NCBI RefSeq assembly: GCF_009914755.1
Contig: NC_060925.1
Strand: one strand, 5' to 3'
From: the human T2T-CHM13v2.0 reference genome, Homo sapiens
Length of the DNA: 64,000 nucleotides
Shown here: positions 29,012 to 41,179 of the stretch, piece after piece
How the letters are laid out: each line of letters opens with the position of its first letter
Numbering within the stretch: the first letter of the stretch is position 1
Notes under the pieces: model-generated
What the model saw: only the letters and a program-made list of their open reading frames with translations
What the model was told of the DNA's origin: nothing
Databases searched by the model: none
Made by a program: the position numbers and the translations under genes

Positions 29012-29312
29012 CTGAGCTTATAATGGCCACTATCCATTCAAAATGACTAGTTGTTATCACGCTGATGTATTTTTCTATTTTTATATTGAATGTACTCACA
29101 TAATTTCATTTTCATATGTCTTTTATACAACCCCCAAGAAGTTTTCTCTAGACTGTCTTCTAATTTAATTATCTTGATCATCTTTGATCATCTATATTTT
29201 TGCAATCAAGTTCTGAAAGGGGCCAGGATCTTTCGACATTGGTAATGTTTTCACTCCAAACATTCTGTCTTCAGCCAGATTTGTCTCCGTGGTTTTCTCT
29301 GCTGGGGGCCTT

Positions 29313-29640
29313 CATTCGCATTCATTTAATAAACGCTGACTGAGCACCCACCACGTGCCAGGTACTATGTTAGATGTTGTGAGTAGAGCTGTAAGTAAGA
29401 CACACATTGCCTCTGCATCCATAGGGTCCACAAACCAGTGATTGTAAGTAGACAAATAAGCCAATATTTACAGGACCTATGTATAGGATGTATAAGTTAT
29501 GGATGCACATAAAAGAGGTGCCTGACCCAGTCAATGAAAGTCAGAGAAGCCTTCCTGGAGGGGATAATGTTTGGCTGAGTTTTCAGAACAAATAAGAATT
29601 AGATATTTCTTCCCATGGAAGGTGGGAAGGAATTGACAGA
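29313..29640 (-). mobile_element. L2 3' fragment
   Basis: 'cattcatttaataaacgctgactgagcacccaccacgtgccaggtactatgttag'. Confidence 0.7.
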
Positions 29641-29697
29641 GGAAAAGTCTTACGACAACATTACGTCAAATAGTCTAGTGTTTCAGTACCCATGTAA

Positions 29698-30037
<340 letters not shown>

Positions 30038-30189
30038 ATGCCTCGCCCTACTACAAAGATTTCCCTTGCTTCTCTGAAACACAGTGTTGTTCTGTCCTCT
30101 GAACTCAGCCAAATATCTTGCCTGCATCTCTTTTTTGGCCCTTCTATGCCATCCTCAAAGTGTGGAATACCTATTCACATGAGTGAGCT

Positions 30190-30425
30190 GTTTAGGATCA
30201 CACTCTGGAGTAAGAGTGCCTGTGTTTGAATTCCATCTGTGTGATCTTTCGATACTTAGTGACCTCTCTAAAAGTTTCAGTTTCTTCATCTATAAAACAT
30301 GATAAATAATATCTACTTCACTAGGTTGTTGCAAAGGTTAAGTGAACTAATAAATATAACAGTACATTCATTTATAACAGTGCATGAGATATTACTAAGC
30401 ATCATTATGTTACCTATTACTATTA
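30190..30425 (+). mobile_element. MIR
   Basis: 'tcagtttcttcatctataaaacatgataaataatatctacttcactaggttgttg'. Confidence 0.7.
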
Positions 30426-30494
30426 AGCGTGCACACTATAGTTTCCCAACTAAATTGTAAATGATTGGAAGGCAGAATCAAGTTTTAATTTAAA

Positions 30495-30665
30495 AACAAC
30501 TAAGGGTTTACACATAAAATTTCGTTTAATTCCTTCAATAACACTGTGAGTTTGATATTATTTTCCCTTGTTTCAGATATGCAGGCTGAGACTCAGAGAT
30601 GTTAACTTAATTGCCTAAGTTTGCCAGCAAATAAATGAGAGAATTTGATCCCATATTCTCACTGT
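30495..30665 (-). mobile_element. MIR
   Basis: 'ctgagactcagagatgttaacttaattgcctaag'. Confidence 0.6.
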
Positions 30666-30834
30666 GAAGAGAGAAGTTAATAGAGTAACACAGTTTACTC
30701 CTCTTAAGAGTGTTAAGAGTAACACAGTTTATTTCTCCTGTTTCATTATGTCATGCTATTTCCATGACAGTGAAACAGAAGAAGTAAATCATGTTACTCA
30801 GGTGTTTTTTGTTGGTTTGTTTTGTTTGTTTTTT

Positions 30835-31255
30835 TTTGGTTGCAAGCAACAGAATTGGAGTTTGCCTAACTTAAGACAAAAGGAAGTGATTGGAGGGGTA
30901 CCTGGTGGCTCTGAGATTGATGTGGTGGCTAGAGGGCAAGGTCTGAGAAGTCAAGCTGAGTCTCCAACAGCTCAGCCAGGTTAGTAAGCCACCACAGCCC
31001 CTAGTCAGGGTCTGAGACATTGAATTCTGCCATCACAGTCACCAAAGCAGATGCTAAGCAGTCCCTGCTTCTTTGTGGCAATGCATTAATTTGATGTTGT
31101 AGGCATGCTGTTCCTTTAGAGGCTTGGTACCAGGGACACCAGGTACCTGACCTCTGGGGGCCCTTCCACCACAAGCCTATAGTCCCAGATTCTCCAACAA
31201 AGGAAGAAGTTTCTGCAGCTAGGCTGCCAAGAAAAAGTTGACAAATATCCACTGA
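30835..31255 (-). mobile_element. Old MLT1-type MaLR LTR
   Basis: 'ttggttgcaagcaacagaa...ctaacttaagacaaaaggaa' start and 'caaatatccact' end. Confidence 0.5.
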
Positions 31256-31272
31256 TGATTATCCTTTAGGGG

Positions 31273-31586
31273 TTTTTGTTTGTTTTGTTTTGTTTTGTTC
31301 GAGACAGGGTCTTACTCTGTCACCAGGCTAGAGTGCAGTGGTGCAATTGGCTCCCTGAAGTCTTGACCTCCAAGGCTCAAGCCATTTTCCCACCTCAGCC
31401 TCCTGAGTAGCTGGGACCACAGGCAAACACCACCATGTCCAGCTATTTTTTTTTTTTTAATTTTTGGTAGAGATGGGGTCTCACTAGGTTGCCCAGGCTG
31501 GTCTTGAACTCCTGAGTTCAAGCGATCCTCCTGCCTCAGCCTCCCAAAGTGCTGAGATTATAGGCATGAGCCACTTGTGCCTGGCC
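31273..31586 (-). mobile_element. AluJ with (GTTTT)n tail
   Basis: 'gagacagggtcttactctg...gaactcctgagttcaagcgatcctcc'. Confidence 0.92.
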
Positions 31587-32491
31587 CTTTAAGGACTTTG
31601 TTTTGTTTCATTCTTAAACCCTTTTAACTTTCCTTGAGATCCAAAGCAATAAATATAGTACTTTTTAAACCTGGAAAATAGGGAGGCCGGCTTTATTTGT
31701 TCCATCTGGCTGTGCCCAAATTCTGAGCCAGCTTAGGAACAGAAAGGAAAGATACAGGTTTCAAATATTGGATATATCTGTGCAGATTTATGGGAAATTG
31801 AGATGATATAGAACAAGCATAAAGACGAGGAGCAGGCTAGAATTCTAGTTAGCATGAAAGCATTAAGGAGAAGTTCAAGTGTAATCAAAGTGACTAAGAC
31901 AAGGAAACAAACACACATATTAAAAATCTAGGAAAGGATCCTAAGAAAGGTTGTGAAAACAAGACTAGTTTTATATAATACTTGGGAATAAGAAAAAACA
32001 GAATATTAATATCTAATAATGTTGGAGGTTTTGATTTAGAGATCATAATAGAAATATCAGGGTTGGTTATAGGAACAGTTAGATGGGGACAAAGGAGAGA
32101 CTTTAGGGCACTGTGCCAGAAAGAGTTATTCTAAAAGGAAATTAAAAGTTCCAAATTCTCCCCTGCACCAAAAAAATTTAAAAAGGCTGTCCAGGCTTCA
32201 CATTTTCGAGCAAAACCTCAAATTCCTGACTGACTCACATGAGCACCAAGACCTTTCATCCTTCCCATGAGTAAATGTATATAATGGGGTGACCATCCGC
32301 TAGTGGGGCTCAGAGCTTCAACACAAAGAATGAAGAAGGAAGAGAAAAGAGAACAATCATGGCCAGAGTAGCAGAATTTAATAATAAAGATCACTAACAC
32401 TTTTATCCAAATAATCCACAGTGAGCTGTGTCTGTAATTAGACTAAGGTATAATCTGCATGTGAATTGGGGAAAGTTTTAAAATAATTTCA

Positions 32492-32795
32492 GGCCAGGCA
32501 CAGTGGCTCATACTTTTAATCCCAGCACTTTGGGAGACTGAGGCAGGAGGACTGCTTGCTCCCAGAAGTTTAAGACCAGCCTGGGCAACATGAAGAGACC
32601 TCATCTCACAAAGAAAATTTAAAAAAATTAGCCGGTGTGATGGTGTGTACCTGTCATCTCATCTATTCAGGAGGCCAAAGCAGGAGGATCGCTAGAGTTC
32701 AGGAGGTTGAGGCTGCAGTGAGCCGTGTTTTCAGTACCACACTCCAGCCTGGGCAACAGAGACAGATCTTGTCCAAAAAATACTAATAAAATAAA
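32492..32795 (+). mobile_element. AluJ
   Basis: 'ggcaggaggactgcttg...gaccagcctgggcaacatg...gaggctgcagtgagccgtg'. Confidence 0.9.
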
Positions 32796-32807
32796 ATATT
32801 TTTAATT

Positions 32808-32962
32808 ACCATTTACTGAGGATTCAATTGAATCCTCACAGTAATCTAAGTAGTGGATAAAATTACTGTCTTCATTGTACAGATGAGGAAATGGAAGCAT
32901 GTGGGTTTAGATAACCTGCCCAAGCTCACATACAAACAAAGCTGGGACTTGAACTTTGCTCT
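32808..32962 (-). mobile_element. MIR
   Basis: 'cattgtacagatgaggaaatggaagc...taacctgcccaagctcaca'. Confidence 0.7.
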
Positions 32963-32974
32963 GTGGAACCCTTT

Positions 32975-33480
32975 GGCAGTTAGCTGATATCTGCTGCAGA
33001 TAATAGCATACTGACAAAAAGTCCCTTAAATCCTAAAGCATATGTTTTTTAACATGGCAGGGAATCTGGAAGGATGGCTGTTCAGCAGCACAGTGATATC
33101 CTCAAGAACTATGGATTTCCACCTTTCTACTCTGCCCTATGTGTTGCTAATGTTTCATGTTCAAGAGCATAGTGCTAGCGGTTTCGGGCATCCTAGGAAG
33201 CCATGACTACGTTTATTTAAGAGGAGGGAGAATGTTCTTTATAAATCTCTTTTTTAATTTGTGAGAAAATCTTTCCTCCAGTGCCCCCAGTAGGATTCTC
33301 TGCATGTGCTATTGGCTAGTAATAAGCCACACATCTAGGCCTAAATCCAATCACGATTCACTCTCTGAGATTGTTCAAGACGTCGATTTCCCTTAGCCAG
33401 CAAAAAAAGAAGGTACACTGGGAGAGGGCTGGTGATGCTGTTGGTATGGCAAAAAGAAAAAAAAAATTGTCTGCCACAAG
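32975..33480 (-). mobile_element. Old MLT1-type LTR
   Basis: 'cagttagctgatatctgctgcagataat' start, 'attggctagtaataagccacacatc', 'tgtctgccaca' end. Confidence 0.45.
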
Positions 33481-33775
33481 CACTACAACAAACTTCTTGT
33501 TCTAGGGATTAATTTAGTTTTAATATGGCTGATGGAAATGGAGGTTGGGAGAAGAGAGGAGTACAGACAAGAGGGGAGAAGAGAAAGGGAAAATGTATTG
33601 AGCACTTCCATGAATTAATGTTAGCTCCTTTTACATACTTCACAATATGCTCTTCACATGGTACTTTTATTATACCCATTTTCTAGAAGCTCTTTTAAGT
33701 CTTTCAAATCACACTTGAAAATGGCAGTGACGATTTGAATTCAAATTGATGATTAGAAGGTACATGCTCTCTAGA

Positions 33776-33883
33776 GATACTGGTTTGTTTTATACTTGCA
33801 TCTAAGGTGGATAACTTCTCCCCTTAGGGGAGAATGGCTGGAAGTTATCCACCTTAGATGCAAGTATAAAACAGACCAATATC
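33776..33883. repeat. Near-perfect inverted repeat (38-bp core arms) with a nested 9-bp palindrome
   Basis: 33781-33818 vs 33841-33878 are reverse complements at 37/38 positions; spacer region holds ttctcccct-t-aggggagaa. Confidence 0.97.
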
Positions 33884-34137
33884 GAAGAATAACTCCCATC
33901 TTTTGGAAAACTTGTCTAATGCCTCTTTGCACCTTTAACCTTCTTAACACCCCGAATTAAGCTAAGTCATTCATCCATTAGTTGTATGCACAGCCTGTTG
34001 TGCAGTCGTCTATGTTTTTACTTCTTGGTATTCTCTGAGTAAGAGGAAACCTCTGTGACCTTCCACTGGATCCTTGCTTCCATATATCAGAGGCTAAGGC
34101 AATCACAGACAGCACTGGTGGGAAACCAGAACAGAAA

Positions 34138-34153
34138 ACACACACACACACAT

Positions 34154-34191
<38 letters not shown>
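34138..34191. repeat. Interrupted (CA)n microsatellite
   Basis: CA run with one 'tg' interruption. Confidence 0.95.
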
Positions 34192-34193
<2 letters not shown>

Positions 34194-37100
34194 ATGGAAC
34201 GAGGAACTCCAAGAGGGACTTCTAATATTTCATTGTTATTGAAAATTACACTTCATAAAAAGTCTTGTTCATTTAAAGTTTGAAGAGTGACAGAAAAATA
34301 GCTTTCATACTCAAGTCTGCTAAATGTATGATAAATCAAAAAAGATGGAACAAGGAGAAACTTCAAGAAAAACAAAACAGAAAATCAGTGTGTAGTATAA
34401 ATAACACTTCATTAGTGCTGTAATGCCTTACAAAACAGTCTAAAAAATTCCACAGGGTAATCGTAGTGTACAGCGCAGAAGAGAATAATTTACTATCGTT
34501 AGGCGTTTGTAATCCCTACAATGGAAAGGAGAATGTATGCATGTAACCCTTTAATGATAGTGGACTTGCAGGCATAAATCCCTAAATGATGAGATGTGAA
34601 TACATTTTATAAATTCAAGTTTCTGTTGGGGAAGAAAAGTCAGGCTGTCTGGTTTGACTGGCATGCTGACCTAAGTCAATTACTGAACCACGGAGAGCTG
34701 TAGCCTTGGGAGTGTGCTATGTTCTTTCTACGGTCTTAAGAGAGGCCAGGCTCAGGGGTTGAGCCTAGCGGGCTGGTCTCTCGCTCATCAGGCACACATC
34801 AACACTATAAACACACAGTTTTTAGCTAGTGGCAGTCAATGCCAAAGGCCTGGCAGCATGCCACACCATCTCAAGGCACTCTCAGCAATAACTCAAATGT
34901 TTTTCTGTCAGAAAAACTTTTTCTGTACTGTTTTCAACACTTCAGCTTAGTGTGGGACCGAAGCAGAACGAGGGATAGGAAAAATTAATAATTTTACACT
35001 CCAGCTTTCAAAGCCCCCTTTCCTTTGGTAGCAGAGTTTCTTCTTTTCATTCTATTTAATTCTCAAACTCTCCTCAACAAAATCTTCTCTGAAGCAAAGA
35101 CCTAAAACTTATTAACACGGGAATCCAAATGAAAGACAATAGGTTAATTGTTACTTCTCCCACAGGTGTTTTAAAAAATGTTAATGTGGATTCAATCCTT
35201 AAACTAAGCAAAATTTAGAAAAAGTTTTCAAAGGAGTGTTCTCTGGACAAGGATGCCTGGATGTTGGATGGGAAGTAGGGAGTTCCCAGAGGCTAGATTG
35301 GATATTATGGAAGGATTACTAGAGTTTAACCACGGAACTGTAAGAATTATGATCAGGCAGAGAACAAAGCAGTAGATCAAATCTAAAAGGGAGACAACAT
35401 AAATATGAAGAAATAAGATTTCAGGTTAGACGCCAGGAAGAAGGGGCCCAGGTTGGAAAGCAGAAGCATGAGACGAGAGTTCCAGGACCAGTGATTCAGG
35501 GGAGGCTGTGAACAATACAGAGAGGGCCAGAAACCTGTTGTTACATCATGTTGGTTACATGGGACAAGCTAGGTTAAAACAGGAGTTCTTCAGCTGGTGG
35601 GAGGGGTGGTCTGAGAGAGAGAACAGTGATCCAAGGACAGCCTTCAAGAGGTCTGGAAAAACCCTGAACTCTCCTTTAAAATGTGCAAGAAGAAAACTTG
35701 AAGCTTTGATTAAATTCTCAAAGCAATATGTCACCCTAGAATGATTAAATATAGCAGCCCAATGAAAAGCACCTTTGTGGACCCTGTGGATCCCGTGGCA
35801 GTGGCGGTCATCTACTGTCAGTCATGTAGTTCAGCCTGGTTCCCACACTCTGATTCCATCTTCTTTAAGCACTTGCAGCAGGATTGGTAATCATTCGCAT
35901 TCCTTTCTTCCAGTTAGTACCCCTAAAGGGGGAAAAAATGGTTTTGCTTAACATGGACTATTATGAAATGGCATCTCTCTCTCTGGTGACTCACAGGAAT
36001 GAGGCGCCCTTCTCTGGAAGGGTAGGTTGCCCACAATAATATTGTCTTTGTTCTTCTAGATGAACAGCTAGTCCATCTCAGTCTCTTGCCTTATAGATCT
36101 CTCAGGTATGAGCCAAATGCCAGTCCACTAGATATCCTGGGCTCCAAGGGCCACATATCAAACTCTCCAAAATGCCTCTGTCCCTAGGATGATGGTTGAA
36201 AGGGGGATGGGAATGAAATGCACAGGATATTAATAGCTCTTTACAAAAATATTTTAAAATTTTATATTTCCCAGGCATATTAACTTCAAATATTTTGTGC
36301 TCTCAAGTGGATGCCAAGCCAAAGCCTCAAAGCCTGTAATTAGCTACCTTCTTTGCAAACCCTGCATTAATCATCTTATTTTGAGATGTGGGGAAAGTTG
36401 GAGTGTATTTTTGGGGGGCCATGAATAAAACAAAGATAGAAATAGTTTGATTTCAGCAACTTCTTACTTATGAGTATGTTAAGGGATAGGAGGAGTATCC
36501 CATGGCTATTAACAGTTTCTACTGGGGACAAGCACCAACCTATCAAAGCACAAAATATAATATTTTGAGGAAATTGGTCCTGGAAGAACCATGGCACCAT
36601 CTGGTTCTTGGAAAAATAGGCACGCGTTTACTTTACACTTGAAAAGGAAGCTTTTCTGCTCTGAATTGTACTGTTTCAAGTTGATAAACCTGTTTCTGAA
36701 GGGCACATGTTGCTTTCTTTATTGGATGCTTATAGTGACACATTCCTGTTTGTGGGGGAGCTGCACAGGGTAGGCAGGGGAGGTGAAGACTCAGAGGAGA
36801 GACAGGGAGGAGGGGTTCCCAAATGTCTTGATATGAAAAATAGGAAACAGTTCCTTTTTGAAAACCTGTAAGTTAACCAGCAGTAGCAACAACGATGAAC
36901 TGTCATGCAGAAGACTGGCTGAGGTTTGGGTTATAAAACAATATTTGCCATCAAGAGGGTTTTAGTATTCCAGTTTGCAGCAGGAGTGGCTTGTGGCCAG
37001 GCTCAGCCTTGCTAGAGAAGCTCAGAGGGTTTTCCTATAAGTCCCAAACTATTTAAAAAACAGACTCAAACACAGTGATATCTCACTTATCCAGCCCCTT

Positions 37101-39063
37101 GCAAAACAGATGTTCCACAGAAACACATTTCTAGATGATATTTAGGTTTATGTTATAATTTAATAAAGCTTGCAAAATAATTTTGTTCATTTGTTTTTCT
37201 TATTTCAGTCTGATCCTTATAACAACCCACGGAATACAGCATGGGAGGCTTTATTAATCTCACTGACTTGCCCACACAACAGAGGTAGCATAATTGGTTT
37301 TTGCCTTGCTCCCCATGGCTCTCAGACTTCTGACCCTAGGTATATCTCAGAAACTTTTTCAATATATTAAAGACAGGATAATTTGTGAAATCCTACTAGT
37401 ATTCACTCCTAGGAAAAAGAAGACTGAAACCAGAATTGCGTTGAATATAATAAGGGTTTTAAGTATCTTTTTAATATTTTAAATATTTAAAATACCTTTA
37501 AATAGTGCCAAGTACTATTAGGTACTGTCAAAGAACAAAGGAAGATCCTGGACTTAAGGAATCTCTGGGATGAGGTCAATGTGGTGGCTGGGATGGTGCT
37601 GGGCCAGGGGGCAGGGAGTCTGGGAGGCAGGCCATTTCTAGAAGGGCCACGCAGGAAGGAAAGACAAAAGCGGGGGCTGGATGTGGGGCAGACATCAGCC
37701 TGAGAGGGTGGGCAGAGTATAATGGGGTCCTTAGCAAGACAACGCCTGAGCTGGGCAAGGCAAGGTGAGATTATGTGGAGAGCCACCCACTACCACCATG
37801 TTAGCAGTTTCTTCATGTATGGGATCATCCTGTCCAGCCCAGTCTCAAAGAGACCATTCCCAGTGCTTCTGGGGTTTTAAGAAGGTAATAATGGAATGAC
37901 AGGCATGGCCACTAATGGATGTTTTATTATCCTAAGTTTACCCAGGAATTTCTTATTTCCTATGACCCTGTTATCAAATTTCATCAGCTTTTGCAAAAAT
38001 GAAATGTTTATCCTACTGGAATTTTTTGGAGATCTCACACTTTATAATATTTGCAATGCCCTTGTTAGGAAGTATGTAAATCCTATTCTATTAAGTTTTT
38101 AAAGTTGAAGCTCAGATAATCCATTGCCCAGGGTCTTCTGCTGAAAGGACGAAAGGAAGTACTGTATCAGACTCCAAAATCAGCATTATCCCAAAGCTAA
38201 ATGTCTACTCAGAAGGAGAAATAGAAGCATCCTTTGACCACCAAAGGAAGTCCCTTCCTTCACCCTTGGTATATTTCTCCTACTAGTAAAGGGATCCATT
38301 TCTGCCTGCTCCTGAGGCTTCTTTCCAGCCTTGCCTTCTGTGCCTTTCCATGGCTGCAGGTTCTATTCTTGAATTAACTTGACTCAGTCAGTTCCAGGGT
38401 TGGCCAAAGGAGTACTCACCATTTGTTCTGGGTTCCCAGCTACTTCCTGCAGTTAATTCCTAGAGAAGTTGCGGCTTTGGGAGCCTGAGGTTCTTGTTTT
38501 TGATCCTGAGTCTATAATAGCACCTCACTCTTCATCATACCCTCCTAGCCCTTATAATCACCAGGAGATTTATCACTGTCCCAGTCTACACTGGAGGTTT
38601 CATTCTGGGCCCCCTTCTGAGAAGTTCTGTAGTTTTTCCAGGTCTTTTCTTCAGCTTCTGCCTTTTCCTTCTCCAGTCAGTGGGGTTCCTCCCCCTAACC
38701 CAACCCAGTGGCTAGGGCTGAATATTGACTGCAAGTCAGTCTGGCTTTCTAGGATCAGAGTATCATCTGGGGCCAGGATTCCTTGCTCCTGGGTCCTATT
38801 CATCTGCCAGACTCCTGCTCCATCATGTTGGTTCCCAGTGCCAACCATGTGCCTGAAAATTGACTGAAAACCACAATAATGTTTAGCCATGATGAGCCAC
38901 CTCTCAGCTCTGCTGCTGTCAAGTCATCATCTGTTCACTGCCACCCTGGGCCTTCTGATAGCTCCTACCATACTGGACTACTTACAAATCCTAAGAGAAA
39001 ACAATCTTTCTGGGTTATTTAAGCCATCTCTCAAGTATCTTCTTAAAAAGTAGAAAGACAGGA

Positions 39064-40100
39064 TGTCCGTTCTAAGATGGCTGAATAGGAATAGCTCTCG
39101 TCTGCAGCTCCCAGCATGATCCATGCAGAAGATGGGTGATTTCTGCATTTCCAACTGAGGTACCTGGTTCATCTCATTGGGACTGGTTGGACAGTGGGTG
39201 CAGCCCATGGAGGGTGAGCCAAAGCAGGGCGGGGCATCGCCTCACCTGGGAAGCACAAGGGGTCAGGAGATTTCCCTTTCCTAGCCAAAGGAAGCCATGA
39301 CAGACTGTACCTGGAAAAACGGGACACTCCCACCCAAATACTGCACTTTTCCCAAGGTCTTAACAACTGGTAGACCAGGAGATTCTCTTCCGTGCCTGGC
39401 TCGGCGGGTCCCATGCCCACGGAGCCTTACTCACTGCTAGCACAGCAGTCTGAGATTGAACTGCAAGGCTGCAGCCTGGCAGGGGGAGGGGCGTCCACCA
39501 TTGCTAAGGCTTGAGTAGCTCACAGTGTAAACAAAGAGGCCGGAAATCATGAACTGGGTGGGTGGAGCCCACCGCAGCTCAGCAAGGCCTACTGCCTCTA
39601 CAGACTGCTCCTCTGTGGGCAGGGCATAGCTGAACAAAAGCCAGCAGACAACTTCTGCAGACTTAAACGTCCATGTCTGACAGCTCTGAAGAGAGCACTG
39701 GTTCCCCAGTATGGCATTTGAGCTCTGAGAACAGACAGACTGCCTCCTCAACTGGGTCCCTGACCCCCATGTAGCCTAACTGGGAGATACCTCCCAGTAG
39801 GGGCCAACAGACACCTCATACAGGGCGGTGCCCCTCTGGGACAAAGATACCAGAGGAAGGATCAGGCAGCAATATTTGCTGTTCTGCAATATTTGCTGTT
39901 CTGCAGCCTCTGCTGGTGATACCCAGGCAAACAGTGTCCGGAGTGGACCTCCAGCAAACTCTAACAGACCTGCAGCTGAGGGACCTGACTGTTAGAAGGA
40001 AAACTAACAAGCAGAAAGGAATAGCATCAACATCAAGAAAAAGGACATCTACACCAAAACCCCATCTGTAGGTCACCAACATCAAAGACCAAAAGTAGAT
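39064..40100 (+). promoter_or_regulatory. L1 5'UTR internal promoter remnant with YY1-like site (aagatggc, 39074-39081)
   Basis: Position and sequence match the primate L1 5'UTR; many CpGs decayed to TpG/CpA; activity unknown. Confidence 0.6.
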
Positions 40101-41116
40101 AAACCAGAGCAGAAAAGCTGAAAATTCTAAAAACCAGAGTGCCTCTTCTCCTTCAAAGGATCGCAGCTCCTTGCCAGCAACGGAACAAAGCTGGATGGAG
40201 AATGACTTTGACAAGTTGACAGAAGTAGGCTTTAGAAGGTCAGTAATAACAAACTTCTCTGAGCTAAAGGAGCATGTTCTAACCCATCACAAGGAAGCTA
40301 AAAACCTTGAAAAAAGGTTAGACAAATGGCAAACTAGAATAAACAGGGTAGAGAAGACCTTAAATGACCTGATGGAGCTGAAAACCATGGCGTGAGAACG
40401 TCGTGAGGCATGCACAAGCTTCAATAGCTGATTACATCAAGTGGAAGAAAGGGTATCAGTGATTGAAGATCAAATTAATGAAATAAAGTGATAAGACAAG
40501 ATTAGAGAAAAAAAGTAAAAAGAACAAACAAAGCATCCAAGAAATATGAGACTATGTGAAAACACCAAATCTACATTTGATTGGTGCACCTGAAAGTGAC
40601 GGGGAGCATGGAACCAAGTTGGAAATCACTCTTCAGGATATTATCCAGGAAAACTTCCCCAACCTAGCAAGGCAGGCCAGTATTCAAATTCAGCAAATAC
40701 AGAGAACACCACAAAGATACTCCTCGAGAAGAGCAACCCCAAGACACATAATAGTCAGATTCACCAAGATTGAAATGAAGGAAAAAACATTAAGGGCAGC
40801 CAGAGAGAAAGGTTGGGTTACCCACAAAGGGAAGCCCATCAGACTAACAGCAGATTGCTCGGCAGAAACTCTACAAGCCAGAAGAGAGTGGGGGCCCATA
40901 TTCAACATTCTTAAAGAGAAGAATTTTCAACCCAGAATTTCATATCCAGCCAAACTAAGCTTCATAAGTGAAGGAGAAATAAAATCCTTTACAGACAAAC
41001 AAATGCTGAGAGATTTTGTCACCACCAGGCCTGCCTTACAAGAGCTCCTGAAGGAAGCACTAAACATAGAAAGAAACAACCAGTACCAGCCAATGCAGAA
41101 GCATGCCAAATTGTAA
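40100..41116 (+). pseudogene. L1 ORF1p remnant (start codon deleted, internal stops)
   Basis: Fragments 40171-40395 (EQSWMENDFD) and 40556-41116 (QENFPNLARQ...ARREW...YPAKLSF). Confidence 0.93.
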
Positions 41117-41179
41117 AGATCATAGATGCTAGGAAGAAACTGCATCAATTAACAAGCAAAATAACCAGCTAACATCATA

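Noticed and set aside
38469-38867. 132-aa ORF upstream of the L1
   Set aside because: TTG start, low-complexity Pro/Ser-rich translation, no recognisable homology or splice support
39870-39905. Tandem 'caatatttgctgttctg' in the L1 5'UTR
   Set aside because: A similar doublet is, as I recall, native to L1PA 5'UTRs of this age
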